Origin: Trichoplax sp. H2
Lineage: Eukaryota
Length of the DNA stretch: 64,000 nucleotides
Assembly: GCA_003344405.1 (NCBI GenBank)
Contig: NOWV01000001.1
Location: 930,001-994,000, forward strand
Direction: 5' to 3'
Shown: positions 50,101 through 62,320 of the stretch, piece by piece
Layout of the letters: each line of letters opens with the position of its first letter
How positions within the stretch are numbered: position 1 is the stretch's first letter
The notes under the pieces: generated by a model
Database searches by the model: none
What the model saw: the letters and a program-made list of their open reading frames with translations, nothing else
What the model was told of the DNA's origin: nothing
Position numbers and translations under genes: made by a program

Positions 50101-53100
50101 TTTGTTTTAAATTTTCTGATCTAGATCCTCAAAGTGTTGTAGACATTTATGTAAATTATGACTGTGGCTTTTCGTTAGCGAATATCTATGAGCGCTTAGC
50201 TAATGACCTGTCAAGAATAGCGCAAGGTCGGCAAGCTATTGAATTAGGTGCTAATCCTGTACAAGAAAAAAGTATGCGTACTAAGGGATTAGAATGTTTA
50301 GTGTCTATCCTAAGATGCTTAGTCGAATGGTCAAAAGATCTCTATACTAACCCACATGCGAGCATTCATGCCGGTTCCAGTATTGCTTCATCAGCAGATT
50401 TTGCCTTATCTCAAGATGAAGAAAGAGATGCTACCGTAGGAGATTCAGATACGGAATCTTTAGCCTCTTCAGTATCTATAGTACCTGCCGATAATCCTGA
50501 AGAATTTGAAAGTATGAAACAACGTAAAGAAGTTATGGAACACGGTATACGATTATTTAATAAGAGTTCTAAGAAAGGCGTTGCATACTTACAAGAGAAA
50601 AATCTCCTTGGCTCCGAACCCTCGGATGTAGCATCATTTTTCCATAAAGATGATCGTTTAGATAAGGGACAGATGGGCGATTTTATGGGAGAGAATGAAA
50701 AATATAACAAGGAAGTCATGTATACTTACGTAGACCAAATGGAATTTAGTGGCAGAGACATTGTAACCGCTCTACGATTATTTTTAGAGGGATTTAGACT
50801 TCCCGGTGAAGCTCAAAAAATAGATAGATTAATGGAAAAATTTGCTGCACGTTATTGTGAGACGAACTTATCGTAAGTAGCATTAAAATTTTCTAGGTAC
50901 GTCAAAATAAAAATTAATGAACTTATCTTCGATTTTTAGGAATGGAATTTTTGATAGTGCGGATACTGCTTATGTATTAGCATATTCTATCATTATGTTG
51001 ACAACTGATTTACATAATGCTCAGGTATATAAGTAAAATAAATCGTCTGCAATAATTAAGCCACTGTTTATATTTTGATGTAAAAATACAATAAATAATT
51101 ATTGCTGTTATACAGGTAAAAAACAAGATGACAAAGGAGCAGTATATTAAGATGAATCGAGGAATTAATGATAGTAAAGACTTGCCGAAGGAATATTTGG
51201 AAAAAATTTATGACGAAATCGCATCCAATGAAATCCGTATGAAGCAATCTAGTTCCAATCGTCCTTCAAAGCACCCTAGTCAAAGTAATAAAAACACACT
51301 TCTTTATTACATTTTTTATCATGATAAAGCATTCTTTTAATTAATTTTTTTCGTAGCTATGTTGAGTGAGAAACACCGACGTAGTGCTTACAAGTTAGAA
51401 ATGGAACAAATGGCTGAGACCGCAAAGGCTTTAATGGAAGGTGTCAGTCATATGGATACGGATTTTATAGCCGCAACACGTGTTGAGCATGTTCGTCCTA
51501 TGTTTAAGGTAATAAACTTTTTTTCGATCTTTGCAACTGATCGTTACTAATTTCTCACTGACTTTCCCACTTTAAGACGGTTTGGACGCCTTTAGTAGCT
51601 GCGTTTAGCGTGGTTCTACAAGACTCTGATGATCAGATTACGTCCTCACTTTGTCTGGAAGGTCTTCGCCAAGGAATAAGAATTGCTTGTATTTTTGGGA
51701 TGAAGGTATTCATAATTAACGATGAGACATCTATTATTTTCAGTACTTACAAATTTATTACTTTTTCTCATGTTTCTATACAGCTGGAACGTGATGCTTA
51801 CGTGCAGGCTCTATCTCGATTTACACTTTTAAGCACCAATTCGATCCTTGCGGAAATGAAAGCTAAAAATATCGAGACAATAAAGACTTTAATTTCTATT
51901 GCGCATACCGATGGTAATTACTTGGGAAGTTCTTGGTTAGAGGTACAATTTTAGCAGTAACTGTCTTGTTGTATGTACTAACAATAAGTCAATAGTACCC
52001 TTTTGCCATGATACGTTACCATAAATTCTTAAATTTTATATAGGTTTTGAAATGTATATCTCAGCTGGAATTAGCTCAGTTGATTGGTACTGGTGTGAAA
52101 ACTCATCCACTAGAGGATCCTGATGCTACTAGTTAGTTTTATTTTTAGAATGAGTATATACTTGCTCCTCTCATTCAATGATAGAGTATTAACGTAATAT
52201 TTTAATAAACGGATTATGCTTTTAAATTAATTTTAGATTTGCATAAAGCAACAAATAGTAAACGGCTAGCTTTGCTACAAGAATCAATCGGAGAAACTAG
52301 TTCTCAGAGTGTTGTAGTAGCTGTTGATAGGATATTTACGGGATCGGTCAGATTGAATGGAGATGCTATTGGTAAATGAAGCTAGGGTTATAAATTGTAT
52401 ATTGTTGTCGAACCCTTTCTTTAAATCTTATTATTATGCCCATTTTTTTTGCAGTTGATTTCGTTCGGTGCCTATGCCAAGTATCATTAGAGGAGCTACG
52501 ATCGGCACACAGACGTATGTTTAGTTTGCAGAAAATTGTGGAAATCTCGTATTACAATATGGGTCGCATCCGTCTAGAATGGTCTCGTATATGGGCTGTA
52601 CTCGGAGAACATTTCAATGAAGTAAATTTTCTAGCATAAAATGTTGAATAATGTTAGATTTAGCAATATTTCATTTAAGACTGTGTCAGCCGTAAATGAG
52701 AATCAAGAAATTGATAAATTTACTGTATTAAAAAATTTTTGCTCTTATGTATGCATTAATTCAGGTTGGTTGCTATCCAAATGAGGAAGTTGCCTTTTTT
52801 GCAGTAGATTCACTACGGCAACTATCAATGAAATTTATAGAAAAAGGAGAATTTGCCAATTTTAGATTTCAAATTGATTTTCTTCGTCCTTTTGAATACA
52901 TCGTGAAACACAACGGGTATAGTATTGATATTTTTATAATATAGTAAAACGGTATTACTATCATTTACTTTGACTAATATAAATAAATTATTTTAAAAGA
53001 TCAATTACAATTCGAGATATGGTCGTACGTTGTATAACTCAAATGGTACATTCGCAAGCGCATAATATAAAATCTGGTTGGAAAAACATTTTCACTGTAT

Positions 53101-55864
53101 TTCACTTAGCAGCCGCAGATCAAAATGAAGCTATAGTGGAATTAGCTTTCGAGACAACAAGTAAGACGCCTATTTCTAAAACTCTATTTTGGTATAAATA
53201 AATAAATAACGGCTTAACTAATTCAACGTACTATAATTTTCAGATAAAATCTTTGAAAGACACTTTAGTGCAGCTGTGGATTCATTTCAAGATGCTGTGA
53301 AGTGTCTATCTGAATTTGCTTGTAATACAAGTTTCCCTGATACCAGTATGGAGGCTATCAGATTAATTAGGACATGTGCGAAGCACGTTGCTGATTCTCC
53401 AAATGTAAGTCATCGTGTTAATTATTGGAGTTGTTGCAAACGGAATGTTACTCTTACAAGTGACTTTGTGTCTATATAGTTGTTTCGTGACCATGGTTCA
53501 GAAGAAACTACAGTCGTTGATCCAGACCGCGTCTGGCAAAAAGGATGGTTCCCAATTTTATTTGAATTATCTCGTATAATTAGTAGATGCAAACTTGATG
53601 TTAGAACAAGGTAAAATTGTTTGTTATTATGACTGTATTATGGTTCTATAAAAATGAAGTGCAATTAAATATAATATTGGCGTATATAGAAAATTGATGT
53701 CTGACTTAAAATTTCGTACATTGTAGGGGATTAACGGTGATGTTCGAAATCATGAAGACTTATGGACAATCATTTAAACCTCAATACTGGAAAGATTTAT
53801 TCAAGATAGTCTTTAGAATATTTGATAATATGAAATTACGAGAACAAAAAACCGATATCGAAGTACGTTTTGATTTAGTAGAGTGATAAGTAGAAGATGG
53901 ATTTATATACATACATACAGGGTTGAATAAGAAAATTAAAGAGATTTTTTGGTAAAATTTTGAATTACCATGATTAATAATTTTTAGAGAGCAGAGTGGA
54001 TGACAACAACGTGCAATCATACTTTATATGCTATCTGTGACGTATTTACCCAGTATTTCGATGTTTTGTCGCAAGTCCTGTTGGATGATATATTCGTACT
54101 TTTGAATTGGTGTGTCGAACAAGGTAAATTTTATTATGCTAAAGTTACGTGAGCTGGTCATAGTTAATGATTGTTTTTTGGCATATAGACAATGAACAAT
54201 TAGCTAGGTCAGGAACTAATTGTCTCGAGAATTTGGTAGTCTCTAATGGATCGCGTTTCACTGTTACTCAATGGGATAAAACATGTAGTTGTATTGAGAA
54301 GATATTCAGTAATACACTTCCTCGGCAACTGATTTGTTGGCGCCCTAAATTAAGAAAAGATTCTAGTATAGAAACAATGAGTACTGAGAAACTTAATCGT
54401 TCTGAAGTTGTATCTCATATGAATGTATCTAATGACGATGCACCTTTACCGAGTGAAGAATCAAGTACCGAAGATATGATAAAAAGTAGATCAAATGAAG
54501 ATATCCAGAACACTAGTACAACAGGTTTGCATAATTGTCAACATTTACTGTGAAGCAAATGTTATGTCATTATGTCATTTTAAAACGCAATTTGTATTGA
54601 AGATGGTCCAGATGGCACAGATATTAATGTAAATGAGGCCAATGCATCAAGTGAAAAGGTTGAATTTGATCATTTGAAAGACGAAGAACCTGTAAAAGAA
54701 CAAACTAAAGGTATAGTGATAATTTCAATTTCTTCGGTACTTGAGGGAATAAAATAAATAAAAATTTTACCTTGATTTATGTTGCAGAACTGACGGATGC
54801 AGAGTTATTAGCTGCTTTAATGATAAAATGTGTTGTCCAATTGGAACTAATTCAAGCTATTGATAACATCATTTTTTATCCCGCAACAAGCCGTAAGGAG
54901 GACACTTATTATTTATCAATTGCGAGGGTAAGTTATATATCTATACCTAACACCGGAGATAATTACCTAATTAGTAATGCAATCCAACATATAGAAATCT
55001 CAGGAAGTAATCGAAAGCTTTGATCCAGAAACTATGAAAACTTCTGGCATGTTTTCCCATTTACTTTCTGGAGAGTTGTTTATCCTTTTGGATTGTTTGG
55101 AGAGATCGCATAAATTTGCGTCAAGTTTTAATTCTAACGATGTGCAGAGAACTTTGTTGTGGAAAGAAGGTTGGAAATAGCAAAATTACTTATATCTGTT
55201 GTTTTCATTATGATCAGCGTTATTTATAATTTTTTTGGACCTATCAGTTCATCGATGTTGTAACTTTGAAATACTCTCATTTATAGGTTTTAAAAGCAAG
55301 GCCAAGCCCAATCTTATCAAACAAGAAATTAGCAGTTTAGCGTGTTCATTACGAATGTTATTTTGTATGTACACGGATCAGAAACATAGCGATGTTAAAT
55401 CTGAAGTGGAAGCTAGGCTATTAAGGTAGACGAGCGTTTTTTGTAAAGAATTTACTCGATTGTTCACTTACTAATAACTCTATTATTCGAAGGTCGATAA
55501 CTGATGCCTTAGTATACTATCCCAGCGTGACGTCAGAACATCATAGAGATGCATGGACTATTCTAATGGTTCTTTTGTTTTCACGATTGTTACAATTAAA
55601 TGATGATGATGTAAGTAGAAAATATTTATTAGCCATATGCATTGTTGGTTACTGTTGATGTATCATGTTAATGCAGCATCTAAAATTTGTTTTTTATCCG
55701 TTTTGTGATTATAGTTCCGGGCCCATGTATCTCATTATTATGAGAAACTCTGTAATTTAATGGAGTTAGAACTTAAACCAGAAATTCGTTATCTACTCCG
55801 ACGTACATTTTTACGCATTGGATCGATGTTTGAAGTAATACCGCCATTGGATGTCCATGATTAG
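44125..55864 (+). CDS. ARFGEF1/2: Brefeldin A-inhibited Arf guanine nucleotide exchange factor (BIG1/BIG2, Sec7 family), multi-exon
   Basis: Exon 1 (44125-44248) reads [44 protein letters not shown] region: [36 protein letters not shown] region: [30 protein letters not shown]. Sec7 motif: [34 protein letters not shown] regions: [29 protein letters not shown]. Stop TAG at 55862-55864. Confidence 0.97.
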
Positions 55865-57135
55865 TAAAATCCATGTAGAATTTGTTTTAAAACATATTAT
55901 CAAATTTAATATACAGATTGGCTATCTAAACGCGTTATAGTGGCTCATAATGCATGTCTCATAACCATTATTGTAATTATTGGTTTTATTTTATTAACAT
56001 CAATCTCAGAGGAAATATACACTTGTAACTTCCGCTATTACTCTCAACCTTCCCTTAGAATATCAAATAATTACACTAACAAGTTAAACTGTTGATGTCA
56101 ATTCAACTTATGAAAATTTTGTAAATGTTCTTAATGTAATATTTGCATCTGCCAAATTATGGACCTATTGAAATTGAAAGCATCTGGCCCATTCTTTACT
56201 AAAAATAGAAGGTATTGGGGGGTTATCGTTTCTTGTCCGTATGTGTAACATGTTGTTGCAATACTTAAGAGGCTATCACTACAATCGACCAAAATGTGCT
56301 ACATAGTCTAACATATATATTATTCTATTAGTAGTTTTTACGGAGTCAGACGTCTATAAATCGCTACTGTACTTAGTTTTTGAAGTTAGAAATTTAAACA
56401 ATATCTGTTAGAGAACTTTGCAAAAACGGTACTTTGAGTTACTGTATAAAGTGGTTAACTCCATTTGATACTGTAAATCACGGCTCTTGCTTGGTCGTAA
56501 AGACTGAAACTAATTTAGCATGCTACAGCGCTTGTATTACTTTAATTCAATCTATAAAATTTTTTTATTGCCAAATCATAAATATTTCCACATAAGAAAT
56601 AAAATTTAGCAAGAATAGGGTTTACCTAATTTTAATGGTTTGCAATTATTTAGTTAAATTTATTATGTGATTTTTTAAAAAGAGCGCTATAGTATGGAGG
56701 CTGTTAGGAAGAATCTTTGCGGGATTCTTCAATAATAAAAGCTAATAAGTATGAAATGACACTAATATTGTTACTGCCCTTTATCTTTAAAGCAATCTTG
56801 TTAGTTTAATAGCTATACATGACGCATATTAAATGTAGTTAGTACTGGTTACCGGCTACGTACCGCTTTTTTTGTAGAAATGATTGTAAATGTAAAAAAA
56901 TTTATAATTTGGTACGCAGATCTAGCGATATATTCTTTTACGTATCACGTAATGACTTCATTTATATCATATTACTGGTATAAAACAATCCTAGAGTAAG
57001 AATACTACCACAAAAGACAACGTTAATGTTATGATTACTCTCCAGCTTGTGAATATTGTTATATCGAGTATCTACAAAAAAAATTGCAAAGGATTTGCTA
57101 TCAACGTACAGTTACTAAATTTTTTTTATCTATGT

Positions 57136-58985
57136 TCATCGGAGATGTGCTACTTCCTGGTCTAACCTCCATCCTAGTGATTTTTCATTGTCGGTCCCGT
57201 ATTGTTTGAGAATGTTAATAAATAAATGAAACACGTTGACATCTTGTTCTAATATATTAAACAAAATAAATTTATTGCGAATAAATGATGAAGACTCAGA
57301 TTGTAGTTGGTTAAATTCTGACAAAGATAAAATGCCATTTTCATATAACGGACGGATTAATAGATTTGCATCCATGATTTGACAGATTGCAGCAAAGTTT
57401 CTTCTTAATATGTTTTGAAATTCTTTATCTGTAACGAGAATTGCGACTGTTACATTTCATCTATATGTACAATATAGGAATAATAATCATTTACTATGTC
57501 TGTAAGCCTATACGATAAAATCATTAAATAAGTTTTAGGGCGATATAAAAAAATTAATTTATCTGCAGTTCGATTATCAAACGGAGAATTAAAGGATAGT
57601 CAAGGATTTATGTGTATCTTACCTGATTCCACTATGGTATGTGATGCATTAGTAGTATTAGAATTTTGCATCTTAATTGGGGCTTCATTAGTAAGCTCAA
57701 AATCGACTGACGAATCTTTATCATTATTTGTGGCTGGATCTTCAACCGGTGCAGATGGAGATGGCGGTAAATTACATTGAACATCTTGGCCATGTCTTAA
57801 TGGTTTTAGACAACATCCATAAACCATAAGATTTCCTTTAACACTAGTGCACTTGTTAATTTTTATCGTTAGACCGTTATTATTTCTCATGTATCCCACA
57901 TTGGCAAGATTTTGCCATATTAGCTTGGATAAGTAAGTATTCACATCACCAACAGGTATAGGATTAGGTGACCATAAGCCTTTGACTCTAGCGCTATAGC
58001 AATCAATGGATTGACCGTTAATTCCTTTCTTAATACTGCTACTGGTACGCTTAATGTTTACATACTCAATTTGTCTAGCTTGAACCTCGTCGAAGATGAT
58101 AGAAAATGTTAGAAAGAATCCTCTTGGTGCTTTATTAATACCGTTGTTATCTGGATATCTTCTGACACCGTCAATAATTAAAAATAATTGTCTATGTTTA
58201 AGAGCATTTTGAGTGCCTTCTTCCCAAGATCCCATTAAATCGTAGACCTTTCTTTCAAAATATTTGTATACAACGTTCTTTCTAAAAATAAGTTTTCCAT
58301 CATCAGGTTCAATAAAATCATCGATATAGGGAACCTTATCGGCACTATTATATTCTACGTAAGAGCTAATACTAATTGCTTTATCAATCCATGCTTTTGA
58401 TTGCGGCACTTTATATCCATAAACAAAAATCAATCTTTTGTTGGAAATATAACCAGCTGCTGGGATTTTATTCCCGTTTGTGAGATTGATTGTACTTAAA
58501 TGAGATGATTTTGTAGATGTGATCTGGTGAAGATATGATATAATATTTTCTTTAGGAACAACATCCGGGATACCTGTGATAATACCCTCAAATCTTTCCA
58601 ATAATTTCCCTCTTATAAACTCAGTGCCAGCTGATGATATCCCTATATATTGAAGCTTTTTGATAACTTCGTCATTAACATCAACTGAAAATGATATGTA
58701 ATGGCCAAGTATACCCTTTGTAGAGCCCAAATTATCTGGATACCTCCTAACTTCACCAATAACAAGGCAAAGTTGCTTATTCTCGATAGCCTCTTTCATT
58801 TGAGATTCCCAGCAATTAGATTTTAAATTATGGACTTTACGTTCATAGTACCTTATAACCTTTTGATTACTATATTGTAGCTTTCCATCACTAGGTTCAG
58901 TAAAATTTTCAATATATGGCTGATCTCCATGAGGTTGCCTGCTAATGCAAAACAAAGAGATTTTAGCTGCACCTGAACATAACAT
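57136..58985 (-). CDS. Protein with two tandem ~196-aa repeats of an unrecognised domain and a C-terminal CARD-like death-fold domain (~551 aa if the ATG at 58985 is used)
   Basis: Exon 58985-57623 (GTAAG donor, phase 1) splices to 57428-57136, giving DKEFQNILRRNFAAICQIMDANLLIRPLYENGILSLSEFNQLQSESSSFIRNKFILFNILEQDVNVFHLFINILKQYG, which has the CARD helix pattern. Internal repeat: PYIENFTEPSDGKL...YYERKV...VRRYPDNLG...VYG versus PYIDDFIEPDDGKL...YFERKV...VRRYPDNNG...VYG. The 5' end is uncertain because of a possible acceptor at ~58973. Confidence 0.8.
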
Positions 58986-60699
58986 TTAAGAGCATGGTCA
59001 AGATAAAGATATGATTAATTACTCGATATAAATCATTTCTGTAATTAATTCTGTACAGTGTCATATACTTGTCCTACGTCTTAATTACGAAGATAGGCAA
59101 CCACATAATTGCGTTCTTTATGCTAAGTATACAGTAATTAATTTCAATTTTATAATGCACAAAATATACGAAATACTAGAAGTACGATATATTGGTTTAC
59201 TGATGCATCGAATTATCAATAGAATATTGTGTGCAGTCTACTGAGATACCTACAATACGATAAAATAAACAAAAATATGATAATACTTTATAGCAGTACG
59301 CGTATGATACTAGTCTAATGAGAATAATATCGATTGGAGCACTTAATACGCGTGCTGTATGAGAATATTTTATTTCAAAGTCTTCAGCTTTATCTAAAAT
59401 TATGTTTCGTACAAGCATTAAGAAGAAGTAGACAATCATCCTAGTCCACTTGTAGAGATGGAATCATCGAGTATTTGTATCATACAGTAGTTATTAGTGT
59501 AAAGGTATATGAAGAATTAGGATTGAGCAGCAATCCTCGTTGATTTTTGAAGCAATTAGGTATAAGTTTAATTGATTGATTTGTGTGTCATCGGCTGAAA
59601 GTACTACTGTACTTCAACTTTATGAAGAAAAGAAATGGTAAAATATTGATATAATTCTGCCAAGTTTCTGTTATTTACGGTGAAGTAACAAACTTTATAT
59701 GTTGGGAACGATTGGTTATCCCGTTGTTATATATTAGGTTAAATTGGCTGCGTTTGCTCAGCATCATCTTACTGAAATAGCTACTACAGATGCCGTATTC
59801 TATTAGGATTTAAACTTGTGATAGTCAAAAATGAAGGCGTAATTACAAAATACCGTATATGATCATAGCAGTAGCGATCCTTTAATCTGTTATTAGCTTA
59901 AAAATACGTGTAGAAGTTAACTCAGCCATTTCAGTTGACTATACGGTATACAGCACTCGTCTACTGTCACGCATAGTACTAGTAGCGAACTGAAATTGTT
60001 ACTTCAGTCTTATTAAGATTTAAATCTATAAACCAATGGCGAAGACGAACGTTATTTGGTAATATGCGACAATCCATTACGTCAAGTTGTTATTAATTGT
60101 AATTACTAATGATAGATCACTGATCTATGTATTGAATTTTGAATTGTTGGTAATGCAGTAAGTTAAGTCGATATCAGTGTTGATCAAGTTGCCATTACAG
60201 TGGCGTTTTATAAGGAACGAACTTACGTTAGTCTACAGTGAAGTTGTAACATCATCACGTCCAATTACTATTATTTTTATGATATTTGCATAGCATTGCA
60301 CTTTAGCCATTGAGTTTTATCGTCTCAATATACAGTACTATACGAATACATGCAGGATATCAAGAGAACAATTCATGATCATTGCACTAGTTAATCTTCC
60401 ATCATTCTGTTTACCTTTTAAAATTCAGCATTGTGATGAATTATAATAACCATCAACTCTAGTAGCAATAAGGAAATGACTGTATCCAGGCTATCAATAT
60501 TCCAGATATCTTTATGAATAAATGGTGATCTTTCTTCTAGTCTTGACTGATTGATTGTTATTCAATTACTTGATTTCAAAAAATAGCCGATTGGAGCACT
60601 CAATCAATCAAATAAACCTTCAACTCCGGTAAATTATACTGTACTACACTGAGACAGATTTTGGAGGGCAAACCTCCAACCTACTATGTTAATAACTGT

Positions 60700-60845
60700 C
60701 ATTACGTCACTAACTGTAAATTACGTCAGCTACTTACAACATTAAATACAGTAAAGTACTGAGGCACGTGACTGCAATAGTGTCTCATATGGAACCCTTA
60801 CAAGGCCCGGTTTGCAGGGATTCCAGCGATACTAAAATGGCGCAG
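60700..60845. promoter_or_regulatory. Possible promoter or enhancer motif cluster
   Basis: TTACGTCA twice (60702, 60721), CACGTG (~60765) and a YY1-like AAAATGGCG (~60834) lie within a locally GC-richer patch. Confidence 0.3.
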
Positions 60846-61882
60846 ACCTTGACTCCTTTGCTACCATCTATCGATCATAACTTTCTTCAGTTCCGTTAAT
60901 AAACTAACTAGACTCGCATATAAGCTCTCGAACATATGCATTTCCTTTATAGCATGATCAAGGTGAAATTTTTTATAGATGTCACCAGCTACACTGATTA
61001 TCTTTATGGATCACAAATTGCAGTCTCGTTGAAAATGGAACTATCAATAACAGTAAATCGGTACCTCCAATCGTCTACCGTATATTGTATTTGGGTTTAT
61101 AATACCCTTACTACGAAGTTTTCAATTTATCTTTCCTAACAATATCGATATCTAGTTCTTGCACTACCGCAGACAAATACTGCAACAGCTTTAGTTCCCT
61201 ACAGTATTTTGTTTTTGTTAGTGTGCAATACCTAATAAAAATAACGTTGCCTACTTACTGTTGTACAGTAAATTATATATAAATTATCTCTTGTACATTA
61301 ACCATAAACTATACGATTATACGCGTACAGGTTGTACAAGAGATATCAATTAATTTTAATTTAATCGAAAATAGGAGAAAATTATCTAGGGTTAAAGTTA
61401 TCGTTATTTGGGGATTCAGAAATACAGATTGAAACTATCCTTTGTTCTTAATTCTACCTACAAGTATCACCAGATCTGTTATTACTTGGGCTCGGCTAAA
61501 TAACATCGATCCCAAAACATAGAAAATTTTTATTTCTCCGCGAAGGCAAATCTGCAATGAAACAATTTCATTCGTAAATTTATCAAGTGATATCAATAAT
61601 CTCTCATTCTCAGCTATTTAAGGATAACCACACGTGTATATCATTACTTGATTTTGGGGTAAATAAATTTAGAGCGCAAGTTATCTAAGCTAAAATTTTA
61701 TTAATTAATCAATAATAAAATAATGAATTAAATTAAAACTAAGCTTTATTAGTTTTAATTTATAGCCAGGACATATATCCAGTAAAGCAGTTTTAATTAA
61801 ATTCGTCGATTATGCTCGACGATAATACAATGCTGACTCCTGCAATATTCCGATAGATGGTAAGATAAGTCCGTCAGAAAAA

Positions 61883-61930
61883 TGACGTCTTTAAAACATT
61901 CATTTGTAATTTAATGTTTTAAAGACGTCA
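61883..61930. repeat. Perfect 18-bp inverted repeat with a 12-nt loop
   Basis: TGACGTCTTTAAAACATT (61883-61900) pairs with AATGTTTTAAAGACGTCA (61913-61930). Confidence 0.95.
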
Positions 61931-62320
61931 ATTATCATTCAATATCTTTTTTAATACAAATACAGTTTACAGCAGTATAAATGACTTATGTTGTGAAATT
62001 TATGATTATTATTCCAAAAGGCAAAAATCACAATAATCAAATCTAGATTAGTCTAACAAACGTTAAAATTACAGATTTAATCTTTGCAAAGATTAGGCAA
62101 ATTATTAAATTGATGTTGGAATTTACTACTAATGGCTGCTAGTTTAAGAATACGTATAACCTAAGCAAACGGTTCAATTGATTTTGCAATTACCAATAAT
62201 GACTGCTAACGTAAAATCATTATCTTAGCAAAATATTAAATTGATCTTTCAATCATTAATAATTAGCGGCGAACGTGAGATATAACCTAAATTGGACCTG
62301 AATCTAATTGTGCTGTTAAA

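Noticed and set aside
50411-50719. Antisense ORF inside the Sec7 exon (likewise 6807-7064, 18176-18421, 33658-33879, 62746-63072)
   Set aside because: Shadow ORFs opposite real coding exons.
59197-59439. ORF upstream of the CARD gene as a possible first coding exon
   Set aside because: Its donor phase does not match the phase-1 acceptor at ~58973, and it has no recognisable content.
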